This document shows positions 24,474-47,117 of a DNA stretch of 64,000 nucleotides, piece after piece. Numbering within the stretch: the first letter of the stretch is position 1; each line of letters begins with the position of its first letter. The stretch covers positions 123,154-187,153 of the forward strand of contig NW_005434606.1 of the NCBI RefSeq assembly GCF_000315625.1. Direction: 5' to 3'. The notes beneath the pieces are model-generated. The model was not told the origin of the DNA and ran no database searches. It saw only the letters and a list, made by a program, of their open reading frames with translations. The stretch comes from Guillardia theta CCMP2712. Its lineage: Eukaryota; Protista; Cryptophyta. The position numbers were made by a program, and so were the translations under genes.

Positions 24474-27086
24474 CTACTTGCAGCCAGCAATGCTACGCAA
24501 TCCCCGGAACCGTTGCATATTACCTGTTAATCCTTCATCCCATTGCCCTGATTTAGCATATACTCGCTTTCGATTGTTCTTCTGCGTACTATTGTGTGGC
24601 TCCACATCATTATCAGATCCATCCCGTGCATTGAAAGCTTCACGGTCGTGCGGTTTGCTCAGGACAATTCGCTTCTTCGAATGCTCGTACACAAAAGGCA
24701 GGTTTGGATCCACCTTTTTAGATAATTCTATGCATGCCTGATTGAATTTTCTCAGAAAATCCTTCTTGTTCAGATGGCCGATCAAGGACCACAGATTCTC
24801 TACACTATCCGTGCAGAGAGTTCGTGAATTGAAGTCATAGTCTCTATCATCCAGCGCATGATTCTTATCCCTCACATACTGTTGTACTTGCAGATGAGTA
24901 TCAATTGCAACTATGAAGCCTTCAAATGTTACAGATGATAGTCCCTTGACATGTTTTTGGCTGACACTGGTCCAGTCGATGCCTTCCAATAGCCATCTTC
25001 GACCCTCTTGAACGAGACGTATCCTCTCTGAAACTTTCAGCCCTCTTTCATCGAATGCTTTGTGCAGGCCAGACATAGCCTCTGCCATTCTTGCTGTCGC
25101 TTCATGTCCTTCTGCCTTTAGTAGACTGATGGCCTTGTCACTGAACATCTTCAGCATGATATCCACCGATTGTGGATCGGCGGTCCCGTCGACTTCCATC
25201 TGAGTCATCCAAGCAGGATTCTTCTTGGCGATATCACTGTAAGCTTTATGCCATATCTGGGCTTCCGTAGAAGACGATTGAGACTTCCCTGATCCAATGG
25301 AATGCCTGACATTCTTCAACAAGTGATTGATGCACGGCGAGAAAAACAACAACTTGTTCGTAATTGGAGAGAGGACGGGATTGGATAACCATTCGTCGAA
25401 TTTAAAGCGGATCTTGTGTTCATCAAAGTCATTTAGTCCATCAGCTATTCTTCGCTCCATCTCCCAAGGAGTGAATGTTTCCCCCCCCTCTTCATTGTGC
25501 TTGGCCAATGAAAGAACTTCTTCATATCCGTACCGTCTGCAAAATATTTGAAACCTGCAAAACATCTCTTTCAGGGTCGCTCTGGGCCTCTTGCTCGTGT
25601 GGCATCGTAGCCTCTTCTCCTTCTGAACTTGCCAAATGGCCTGGTTCTGTCGTAACTGCAAAACAAACTGTTTAATTTCTCTCATCTCAGCAACATCCAT
25701 GTGTACAATTCCTTGCTGAGGTGCGATGGGCAATGACGACAAGTCATCACCATCGTACTCATCTGGATGGTCCAATGTGCACTCACTCTCAATGTCGTGC
25801 TCTGAAATTGGAGGTTCGAACTTGAATATCCCCGAAATGTATGCTGAAATAGATGTACATAAATGTCTATATTCCATACTGGTTGCAGTCTTGTTAATGG
25901 CTTTCACTTCCTGAATGAATGTACTTGGCTTGTCTTGGTAGAAATAACGATATATACAGGCGAACTCCCCATCGAAAGACCACACATTGAAGTTCACGCC
26001 TCTCTTCCAAGCTTCATTGGTGACAGCTAAAAAAATATCCTTTCCATCTTTGGAACACAAACTTTTATGGGCAAAGCCGATGTAAACAGGCGCAGGAGGC
26101 ATATGCTTTTGTCCATCCTGTGCAACAACACATATTGCATCTTCTGCTAGTTCGGCGATCGCCGTCTTGTAGTACAAGTCATTGTATACATTTAATTCAG
26201 CTTGAATTGAACGCTGCTCGTCCTCGCTTGGTGTGGCGGTACTGATGTAGTTGTTCAGACGATCAATCAGTTGCGGCACTTGAGTTTGGATCTGACTACA
26301 TCCCTCAATGACCCCGGCCATGTACAATTGATATGGCGTAAACCTGACTTCATTAGAGACATTCCTTCTCGTATCTGCGTTGTTGCTAATCATTTTTGCA
26401 ACATACTTATCACGAATTTTCTTGTAGTCCCGTTCAGTCGTTGATTTCCTTTCATTGATGTGATCCAAGTCAGTTTTCAATAAGCCTATCACATGCTCCT
26501 GAATCGATTCAGCGGTTGTTCCCTCCAAACAAAGCTGTGCCAACCGTCTCTGTCGCATCTCAAGCCGTTCACACAAATCCATTGTTTTCCCCGTGACTCC
26601 ACCTAAATCTGCTTCGCAGTCTTCGAACTGTTTACAAAACCCAGCATTGATCATCGTCTTGTCCATCGCCAACACTTGAATACCATCTACAAGGTTAGAA
26701 TTCATTTCACCGTAATCATGCAAAACCTCGCTGCAGATTCTTGACTTGTTTAGATCACGTGTCTTCATGTCTGCACTCTGCAGCTTATGAAGAGTAGATA
26801 TGGACGGTAGAGGCAAGTTATGCAAAGCCTGATCAGAATGGAAGTTTCTCGTATACTTGTTCCCTGGCCCTGACAGTAAACGGAACGTACTCCCGTCGCA
26901 AGCATTGAGAATTGTTGATGCGAAACTCAAAACCTCCGGAGAGAATCTCATGCCCCTCGAATCTTTCGCTCTGAAGCTCTGATGACACCAATCCATGACG
27001 AGGTAAGGCATGATTCTATGTGTGCTTTTGAAAGCTTGGATGTCGTTTCTGGCAAAGATTACTAACTCCGAAAGTATATCCGGCAA
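24474..27086 (-). mobile_element. Uninterrupted P-element/THAP9-like DDE transposase ORF (first ATG 27011); TIRs not found
   Basis: Motifs collinear with P transposases: RFSPEVLSFA...LPLPSISTL; VLAMDK (D, 26663); ELAEDAICVV...PVYIGF; VWSFDG (D, 25973); FFSPCINHLLKNVR (CxxH); DPQSVDIMLKMFS; SRTLCTDSVENLWS (E, 24800). Visibly AT-richer than neighbouring genes. Confidence 0.75.
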
Positions 27087-27101
27087 TCCAGCAGCATGCA
27101 G

Positions 27102-27211
27102 ATTTGAAACAGCATTGTTTCAAATAGAGGAAAAGATGGCACACCATCTATTGCGGAACACCAATTTCAACAGATTGGTGTTCCGCAATAGGTCCAGGTC
27201 CGATCGGACCT
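27102..27211. repeat. Cluster of three perfect inverted repeats/palindromes
   Basis: atttgaaaca/tgtttcaaat (27102-27125); ctattgcggaacaccaat/attggtgttccgcaatag (27148-27191); aggtccgatcggacct (27196-27211). Confidence 0.95.
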
Positions 27212-27298
27212 CAGTGAAATTCAAGCCCGGACCTCATCCCCGTCCGAACCCACGGGATTTTCACCGAAAAATATGGTGGGCAGTTGACCAGACCAAGA

Positions 27299-37680
<10,382 letters not shown>

Positions 37681-37694
37681 AGAGAGGTTCCGAG

Positions 37695-40352
37695 CTAGCT
37701 GGAACCTTCAGGGAGGCTGATGAACAAGATGGAAATCTCGTGGTTCTGCCGAGCAATCTAAGCAGGAGGAGCAGGAGGAGCAGGACGCCAAAGGGGGACG
37801 TGACAAGGGGACAGGGAAGAGACGGGGAGCAGGGAGCGTCAGCTGCAGTTACCTCAGTCTCCAGCTCCTTGTTCAGCTCAGCCTTTGAGATCTTCACCAG
37901 TCTCTGCTCCCTCCTCACCTGCTCGTGTCACTTCAGACTTGCCCAGCACGGCGCAGGGGTGTCAACATGCAGCCCGAGGTTTCTCAGCTCGAGGATGAAG
38001 GAATCGAAGGATGACCTCTGGGGGTCTGTGAAGACAGCTTGAGAGCCTGTAGTGCCGATCAGATTCCTCCTCCTCCTTCCCCCCCTCCCCTCCCGCTTCT
38101 CCTCCTCCCTTCCATGCTCTTCCTCTCACCTTTATTCTGACGCAGCAGCATTGCGATCACTCTGGCCACGGGCTCTATGAACCGTTTCTGCGCCTTCTTA
38201 TCAGCTCGCATCGCTGGGCAGTCAGCTGGACAACCTCATACATGACGTCGGCGAAGAGGAACCAGTCCCACTCGTCAACGTCGAGCATTATGTCACTCCC
38301 CCTCGGCCTGCGTCCTCCATTATCCCCCAGCTCGAGAGCCAGTGCAGCACCTGAACCAGTCGAACTCGGTCGTCTCCACCTCAAGAGAGTTTTCTGTGCT
38401 CAGGTGAGGCCGAGCTAGAGTACAGGTGGGGGGGGGGCGGGCGGGCAGGGGAGGATGGCGAAGGATGGGTCGACGACTCACCTCTTGCGTTGTCCTCGAT
38501 GACTCTGAGGGCCTTCTTGTCGTACTCCGTCAGGCAGACCTTCACAGCTGGGGGTGAGCTGGGGACTAGGTGGGCGCTACCCCACCCTCTCAGCCCCTCT
38601 CTTGGCGGCCATGAGACCCGGTAGTCCAAGGCCTGCGCTGATCTCGAGGATCCTGCAGCAGCTTGACCCACAGCTGGGGTTGACCTGCCTCCTTCACCTC
38701 TTCCTCCTCGTGGAGATGCGGCCGGTGGCGACCTCGTTGGCTAGCACGAAGGCAGACGGCCAGAGCTGAGAAAGGAGGGTGAGACTGCGCGGGAGTGGAG
38801 TGGAGAGACGAATGCCTGGACCCAGTAGGGGATGTACTCGTCAGAGTTGCCTCCTGCTGTTGGTCAGCAACCAAGTTTGCGGTCTCGTGATAAGACCGAG
38901 GAGCTCGAGCTCATCAAGGGCATCGTCCAGCAGCTGGTTCTCAAGTGAGTAGAGCAGGACCAGGAGCAAGCGCAGACCGGAGCACCCAGGGGCACAACTC
39001 ATGGGCTCAACAGCAAGTGGAGAAGGACGAAGGAAAGGAGCTCATCACAGCAACGAGGCAGCATGAAAGTAGGAGGAGGGGAGGAGGAGGAGCAAGTGGC
39101 GACGAGGACGACGGGGTTTGCAATACCTTGGAAGGATCTTCGGGCATGGAGATCGATAACGAGACGCTGCCGTCATCGAAGAAAAGATCGGCTTGCTTCA
39201 TCCCCCTAGATACGCTGCAGGAGTTGATGTGAGAGGAGGAGCAAGAGGAGGAGAGGGAGATAGCGATGGAGATAGCGATGGAGATGGAGATGGAGATGGA
39301 GATGGAGATGGAGATGGAGATGGAGATGGAGATGGAGATGGAGAGAGAGGAAGACGAGGAGGGGGGTGGAGAGGGGAGCAAGAGCAAGAGTGTGGATGAA
39401 GGAGAGAGGGAGTAAATCAAGAACCTCTGTGGTGTCAAGCTCTTCTTCAGCTTTTGAATGTATATCTTGTCACTGCCATCCCCAGCCACGTTGACTGCAA
39501 AATCCAACAGACTTTCAACCTCCCTGCTGGACAACAGTTGGCCGATGGCAGTCCCGGACTCCCCGCCCTCCTGTAGGCACCAGGCATGTCAGAGGAGAGC
39601 GACGGGAATCGCTCAAGGAGGAGGAGGGCAGCCAGGCAGACAGAAGAGGGTAGCAACATGAAGAGGAAGTGATCGACTAGCGAGAGCTCGCGCTCCTTAC
39701 TTGCAGGATGGTCGAGAAATCTCGACGAGAAACGGTGCCCTGCTGTGTTGCTACTCCCATCATGTCTGTCTCGACGTCTTCAAGGTTGTCTTTCAGCAGC
39801 ATCTCGACCTTGCTCGTCAACCTCTTTCCTCCCATCTCTTCGTGTCTCAGTCAGCGATCACCTCAGCAGGCAGGACAACCGACAGATCTCACCGTCCCCA
39901 TGGTCGCCCCCTCCACCAGCAAAACCGATCAGCTCCCCGACCTCACTCTTGAGCTCCAGGCTCTCCACCTCCACTTCTGTAAGTCTCCTCCCTCGTTCTA
40001 CCTGCAGAATTTGCGAAGGTTTGAAATGTTTCTGGATGCTGTCGATCTCGTTGCTCTGCAGCGTCTCCTCTGCCGACTTCTTGGAAAGGGTCGTTGCCGT
40101 CCCCGATTGAATCACAAACTTCCCAGCAAACTTGGTCTTCCATTTCTCCCACTCTTCGTCTTTCCCGCGCAGCGCACTCTTGAGTGATGTCCTGCTTGGC
40201 TTGGATGACTGGAAGTGATGGAGAGACCGCGACGGCAACCGCGCGATGCCGTGGGAGAAAGGAACCCTCCTCGTCAGCATCGACGGGCGAGCTTGGAAAC
40301 ACAGGATTTGCTCGAGAACGACAGAGGCAATGATAAGTTTGAAGCGTATCAT
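37695..40352 (-). CDS. Multi-exon, probably plastid-targeted METTL21/Methyltransf_16-like SAM-dependent methyltransferase (3' end approximate)
   Basis: Signal peptide ending ILC-FQ plus an S/R-rich transit peptide. Spliced motifs LWPSAFVLA, RILEISAGLGLPGLMAAKRGA (motif I), VCLTEYDKKALRVIEDNAR, FADVMYE (DxxY). Confidence 0.75.
39257..39342. repeat. (GGAGAT)n intronic microsatellite
   Basis: Direct reading. Confidence 0.9.
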
Positions 40353-41226
40353 CAAACCCTGCAGTCTTGTTACAGTTCTTCACAAAAGACTTCAACGCTT
40401 GAAACAGTCTCGCTGGCCTTTTCATCTCTACGATATCTGCTCTACGTTTGAACTTTGTTTAGGCAAGGAGCACTTTATCTTCGTTTGACCTTTCTCTGTC
40501 ATCGACTTCCCCTCCTCTTCTCTCCGCCAACCCTCCCTCCTCCTTCCCCTCTCCCTTCCCTTCCTGCAAGCATTTCCACGCATGCATGAGATATAAAAGC
40601 AGGAAAGGGGGCCAAATCCTTACCCTCATCCCCACCGTGACTCGTTGGGTCCCGGCGCCGCGGCCGCCGGCCCGGGCCGCGCAGCTGCAGTAAGCCTGCC
40701 AACGCCGGGAGTCCCCGGGATACACTGGACTCGCCGGATTCGATGATGCGCAGGCGCTCAGGCTCCGACTCTCGGAAGTCCGTACTATGTTTACAAGCAC
40801 CCAGTGGCCGCATGTCCGATACGGACGGATTTATCATTGACAGCTATCTGCCACCCAGGCGCTCCACAGGCCGCCATCATCGGCCAGCCCAGCCTAAGGC
40901 TCCATCATCGGACGCAACCGTTGAACCGTAGTACGGTGACTCTAGTGCCATGGGCCGGGTATGAAATGAAGCATTTATTTCACACAACTATCGATCCAGC
41001 TAAAACAGGTTGTTTCACACAACTATCGATCTAGCGTCAGAGCCTCGGAGCAAGTCCTCCAGTTGCTGCCATGCGTCCACAATAGAAGTAGATAAGGTTG
41101 GCCCGGCGATTCAGACAGTACATGGCCTAAAAATTCGGAGTAACGCAGGCATTGCCACAGCTAAGCGTAAGACATTGAACATGACATCACAATTGCTCCC
41201 ATCGTTTGATAGCTTCGGGGATCGAT

Positions 41227-41802
41227 CTACACACTATCCTCACTCGAAGCCCTTTGACCGGGTTTTCTCCGCGATCCTTTTCGCACATAGGGCCATTTCT
41301 CAATGCCGAGCCTCCTGCAGACAACCTTCATGGTTGATTTTCCTATTCCAATGCTTGCAGCTGCCGACTCAAGGCTTTCATGAAAGTGTTGAGACAACAA
41401 ATCCGGAGTGATCTCTATTTGGCGTGAAGCTTCATTGGCGAACTGTCTTGACTGTACTTTCACAGCCTTACACTCGTGAGCCGCATTTTGTCCAGGAGCT
41501 TGTGATGCCAAAATATTGCCAGCATTACCTACATCATTTGATGACTTTGATTTCATGTTAGCATCATCGTTTGATGCCCTCGAGAGTAGTTGTCCGGCTT
41601 CGTGAAGCATAGGACACACCAAGTTTTGACTTTGAAGCCTGTCAGATGCTGTTGAGGCTCCATGCAACCAATCGAGTCTGTCATCAGGTGAACTTGGGTC
41701 AATCTCGATGCTGAATTGGTCCTCAATGTCTTGATCATGGCTTGGAATCGGAATCCGACTTGGGTGATACAAAGGAAAGTCAAGGTAGCGGTCCGAATCC
41801 AT
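41227..41802 (-). CDS. RWP-RK domain transcription factor
   Basis: C-terminal ITPDLLSQHFHESLESAAASIGIGKSTMKVVCRRLGIEKWPYVRK is an RWP-RK signature. Confidence 0.85.
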   Translation of the reverse strand: MDSDRYLDFPLYHPSRIPIPSHDQDIEDQFSIEIDPSSPDDRLDWLHGASTASDRLQSQNLVCPMLHEAGQLLSRASNDDANMKSKSSNDVGNAGNILASQAPGQNAAHECKAVKVQSRQFANEASRQIEITPDLLSQHFHESLESAAASIGIGKSTMKVVCRRLGIEKWPYVRKGSRRKPGQRASSEDSV

Positions 41803-43571
41803 GATCGTTACAAAATTCTCTCGCTACAAACTATGACTATGTGCTCCTACTTGTCAGTCGTTCCCAAGAGCGTATCTTGTTGGTTTTCCAAGCAAGCGTT
41901 GCAGGTGTTTCAGGAGGGGTAAGACGTTCCGCTCGATGTAGCACAAGGAGGAAGCTGCCGACGAGGGGTGGACTAATAGTCGCATTGATACAACGGGTTC
42001 TTATTAAGCACATTTGCTGGGTAGGGTATAGTCAGCATGATCGGTGCTTGCGTGCAAGAGACGTATTTTCAATGCCGAAGATAGCCATCCTGACAACTTT
42101 ACAACATAGCCCTTGGAAGCGTTGTGTCTTGGTAGCATACATGAGCCATCCGAGACTGCGACCCTTTTTGTAGAGCCGAAACCAACTCTTTTCAATGTGT
42201 GTAGCCCACCGTCCGACCGTCAGTAGTGTCATCAGTTACTAAAAAAAATCATGAATAAACTTGAAAATAGCGTCCTCCGATTTGAAGTTCGGACGCCGGG
42301 CCCGCGGGCGGTGGCACACTGACCGGGGGGCCCGGGCCCGGGCTACTCGGAGTCCTGCCATGATTGCCAAGTTGTGACCTCGTTCTGATTTTTAGTGACT
42401 TTAAGATGACTGAGTCACCCGGTGGCCGGAGCCGCCCCACCGGTGGCCGGGGCTGCCGGGGGGTGGCTGGTGATCAGTAGTAGTGGCAGAGGATCGGATG
42501 GGCCGCTAAAGGCTTTCAAGTTTTACTCCCCCCGGGCCGGCCCGGCGGAGATCGGCCCCCGAGCCTGGACCAACTTTTAATTGACTCGCTGACCTCCTAA
42601 CTAAACCCTGCTTTTATCTAAAACGTTTTACATTTGAAAATTCAAATCGATGGGGTAGCTCAAGCGTGTTGCGTGCCACCCACCAGCCTTGAAGCATGAC
42701 CCCACCACATGATGACCTTTAATTGTACGATCAAGTGGGGGTTCAGAGACTACCCCCACCACCTGTTCGTACATATCGATTCAAACTTTCAATCGATAGC
42801 ACCCTACCCGTGACCAACCGACGGCATAGATGCATCCTACCCTACCAGCATTATTAGGGTCCTAAGGTACCCCCACCCCTCTTTTTCCCATTTATTTCTT
42901 TCTCAGCACCCCAGTTATAAGAGGTGTACCTGTCCACATTTCAGCAATCGGATCACCCCACCCCCTGACCTTCCTACACGTGCTCATCCGTTGCCACTTT
43001 TTTTCGACAAGGGCGAAATGGAATTGTAGGTGGGTCCTTTACAAAAAACAAAATGTTTGTAAACTGATTAATTTTGATACAATATTTTAGGCAAGTATAA
43101 AAACAAGTGAAAAACTGATAACTTCTTATTACCGCTTTTTTTGACAGATTTTGTGACTGTACTGAAATGTCTTGGGATGTGGGTGGGCGATTTCAAAGGC
43201 CCCTGCAGATGGAAATCCCCCACTGTGAAGCTTTCCCTTGCTGGACGCGTGTCGCATGCAGTGATAAACTATAGCTGCAGTGCTAGTTGCAACCACTCAC
43301 CCTCCTCCTTCCTCCTCCTCCCCCCCCCCCTTCTTTCTTCCCTCCCTCTTTCCCTCAACCCCAATCCCTTTCCCTCCTCCTCTGCCTCTGATCGCTTTTC
43401 CGCTGCCATAGCAGCTCAACCGACCTCCTCTTCGTCATTTGCGTTGGACCGAGCAGTCACTATTTCGTGACCCTATCTAGCTTGCCTCCTTGCCGACAAG
43501 GCTCTCCACAACTTTTCCCACTTTTTCTGAACGCTTCAGAGCCCTTGAAGACTCACCAACTTTGATTCGCT

Positions 43572-44350
43572 CTATGGGTGTAGGAGGTGCCACAGTAGAG
43601 AGGTTTCCCATATCTTGCATTGAACATGCGGGCGCGAGTACGTTGCAAGTAGAGAAGGACGATGACAGGGCCGAGCCAATAGCGTCAACTGCAGGGACGG
43701 GAAGCGAAGTGCGAGCATGCATCAAGAGGAGCAGCTACCAGAGCTGGAAGATGCAGCAGGGTATTCCCTACAAGAAGCGCAAGTTGTTTGAGCGCAAGTC
43801 TGTCAAGTTCAGTAATTCTTCTCACCTCCGCATCGTCCCCTCCTTTAAATGCTCAGAAGCAGAAGATTTGCCACCCCTTGACCTTGCAGGAAGCCACTGC
43901 ACGCTGCAAGTCGATGAGGATAAGCAGCCCCAGGGAGATGCGACCAAGTGGGATGGGACTGGTTACTTCCTGGAGGAGGACGCGGTTCTTACTAAGGATG
44001 CCGATGGTCCCAACGTGGTCGGGCTGATCACCAACTCGCTGATCATGGGTCTTGTGGACAAGTCTGTCAGGGATGTTGACTCGGTCATCTGCAAGATCCA
44101 AAACGTCATGAGACAGCAGCGTGCAGAGAGGGGAAAGGATGCGGAGGAAAAGTGTGATGGTCTGAGTGATGAGTCCTTGCACGGATCTCCTTCCAGGCGT
44201 CCCATCCAGTCGAACATCCTCAAGATGGTTGTGAACAGGCTCGAGGGCCTTATCCATCACCTCAACGTGCATGAACGGGTCGGGCTCCTTCCGAGCACAG
44301 CTCGGCTGAGCAAGCCATTCGTGCCAGCGTTGAAGTGTTTACAGGGGTGA
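43572..44350 (+). CDS. Hypothetical protein (basic NLS-like patch KKRK)
   Basis: Uninterrupted ORF of normal composition; no family recognised; start approximate. Confidence 0.45.
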
Positions 44351-44399
44351 GTTTAGTGTCATTTGCTTCTTGTCCGACATCTGAAGGTTGACTTGCAGA

Positions 44400-47117
44400 T
44401 CCATCCGCTCAGCCGTCAAGCAGGAGAGAGAAGACATCGTCAGAGATGAATGCTTGGAGGACTGGTTGTAACAATCATCAACTGTTCGACAGGAAATTGT
44501 ACAGATTGTTTTGAACTTAAGATAAATCAATCAAAGCCCGTCAATTCTTCCAGATTCCCTTTCGGTCAGCTCAAAAGAAAGTTCTATCGTTCAAACGAGA
44601 TATTTTGTTGCATCTCAGCGAAGCGTGTATCATCTCCTTGCGAAGGCACCAGCCGTGGCTTTGTCGGTTGCAAGCTCTTGTGCTGTTAGCCCCTGCACAG
44701 CAGCGTGAGAAGTCAAACATGCCAGGTTGATACTGGTCTTACCTGAGCGTCTCGTAGTCCAGCATCTGCTCCAGCTGCAATCAGTCCACGAACAACCCCG
44801 GGCTTCGACTTTTGGGCTGCCAGGTGGAGGGGGGTGAGGGACCCAGCGTTGCGCTTGTCTAGCCTGTTGGCCGGGTGTCAAGCATGGGGGAGGAGACTTG
44901 CATCGCTACCTGCACCCTCCGGCTATGAGAATTTCAACAGCCTTGACGTGCCCACCCGCTGTTGAGGATTGAGTGAACGAACCAGAGGACCGAGAGAGGT
45001 GCAAGGGAGGAAAGGAGGAGGTGGGATGAAGGGAGGAAAGGGGAGGGGAGGTGGAAGCAACGAAGGGAGGAGACAAGGAACCAGAGGCAAGATGTAGCGG
45101 AGTGTCCTGTGAGTTGTTGACAACATCGGGTGAGATTCCCTTGTCCAGTAGCACCTGAAACAGCACCAGTGACCTGTGGCTACAACCCCCTGCCTTGTCT
45201 AGCAGCCGAGCTCACCTTGACAACCTCCGCAAAGCCACCCTCCGCTGCGAGGTGAATGGCTTGATTGCCGTCGACGTTGGCCACCTTGCCAGCAATTAAA
45301 CGAAGATTGAGGGCAGAAACAAAGATGTTGTGGAAGGAGGATGGGGGCAAGCAGGTCGTGGAGGAGGGGGAGGGGGCGGAGGAGAGGTGGGAGGACGGAG
45401 AAAGAAATCACCTTGAGGTCAACGCCGAGCGCGGCAAGGATCTTGACCATGATGTGATCTCCCTTAGCCGCCTGCAGCTCACCATCACAAGGACTCTAGG
45501 TAGCCTCCAGCACGGACCGCAAAGTGCAACGGCGTCTCCCCCTTCTTCGTCTTGGCGTGAGGATTCCCTCCGTTGAGCAGCAGCTCCTTCATGACCTGAC
45601 ACCCACTGAGCTCCCAACTCCCCGCGCTTCCGCCTCCACCTCCTGCCGGCCGCTTGCGCACGCCCAGTGGACGGCGCTCCAGTGATCCTTGTTGTACATC
45701 TTTGACATCCCATCAGTCAGTCCTCAATCCCATCCTGGACAACAGCTGGACCTGCACGTTGGCTCCCGACGCCAGCAACACCTTGACAACCTGTTCATGC
45801 AGTCAACCCCCCCGAGCCAGCAGGGCACGAGCAAGTAACCGCCGTATGCCCCTCGGCGCACGCGACCAGGAGAGGGGTGTTGAGGTCCTTGTTGCAGGCG
45901 TTGACATCTGCCTTCTCAGCCAGCAAAATCTTGACGACCTGCCACAAAGTCACATCTCTCTCCATGAAACGTCACCATCGCATGCTCGACCTCCACGTGT
46001 CCTTCCGAGGCCACCCAGTGCAGAGGTGTGTCCTTGTCCATGTTGGCTGCGTTCACCGCCTGCCCTGCGTCAGCTGAGCCAGCCCGGCATCGCTCGTCAC
46101 CTCCTGCTTGCGGTAGTTCATCGAAGAGAGGAGAAGCTTCACCGCCTCCCCATGCCCATCAGCAGCAGCGAAGTGAAGAGGAGTAGTGTAATCGGAGTTG
46201 CGAGCAACCCTAAGACGCAGCAGTCAAGAGTGAACACTTGCTTCCCCAAACTGTTCCTTCCCACCTCTATACCTCCTCCTCCTCCTCCTTCTCCTCCTCC
46301 TCCTCCTCCTTTTCTTCTTCCTCCTCCTCCTCCTCCTCCTCCTCCTCCTCCTCCTCACCCGTCTGCTCCCGCTTCGACCAGTAGCCGAACGACTTCCACA
46401 TTCCCGCCCGAGCATGCCCAGTGCATTGGCGTGTCCTGAGAAGGCCGATCAGGAAGCAAGTCGCCTGTCTCTCAGGAACAAACTTTGTCTTTGTTCTTGG
46501 CATTCACATCAGCTTCACACTGAACGAGGTTTCAATCCAACAGCATTCAGATGTCCTCAGCATCACCTTCAACAAGTAGTCTGTGCACTTGGCATGCCCG
46601 CGGACAGCCGCCCAGTGTAATGGGGTGTTGTCATCGGCTGTGAAAAGTCAGCCCACCTTGACAAGGGGAAGGGAGCGCCGCACCGTCTTTCTCCGAGACA
46701 TGAAGCTTCCTGCCGGGCCCTTGATGCGCAAGAGACTGCAGGGCAAGGCTGATCACTCCCTCCCTCCCTCAGCTGACTTTCCCACCTGCAACTCGGACAG
46801 CTCCCCCTTGTAAGCTGCGTTGCACACGGGTAGCTCCCCTTTCTTGTTCAGCAGCACGCTAGCTCGAGCCGGCGCTCTTGTGCTGCATTATCGAGTTCGT
46901 CACCAACTGCAACTGACAGGAGAAGCAAGAATCACCTGCAGCAAGCTGCCAATGGCGCAGTGACTGCGTTAAGAACCTGCAAGTCAGAGTCAACTCGACC
47001 CAGACACGGGCACGGGGAGCTACTACCTTCTCCCCTACGGTCTCTTGATTGCTCTGTGCCTGATGGTTCAAGTTCAGGAAGCTTCTGGTGCTGCCGCGCA
47101 GCACTCACCTGCCCCAT
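44400..47117 (-). CDS. Multi-exon ankyrin-repeat protein (ends approximate)
   Basis: Spliced TPLH repeats: DNTPLHWAAVRGHAKCTDYLL, DTPMHWACSGGNVEVVRLLVEAGAD, NNSQDTPLHLAS, AGGHVKAVEILI. Confidence 0.85.
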
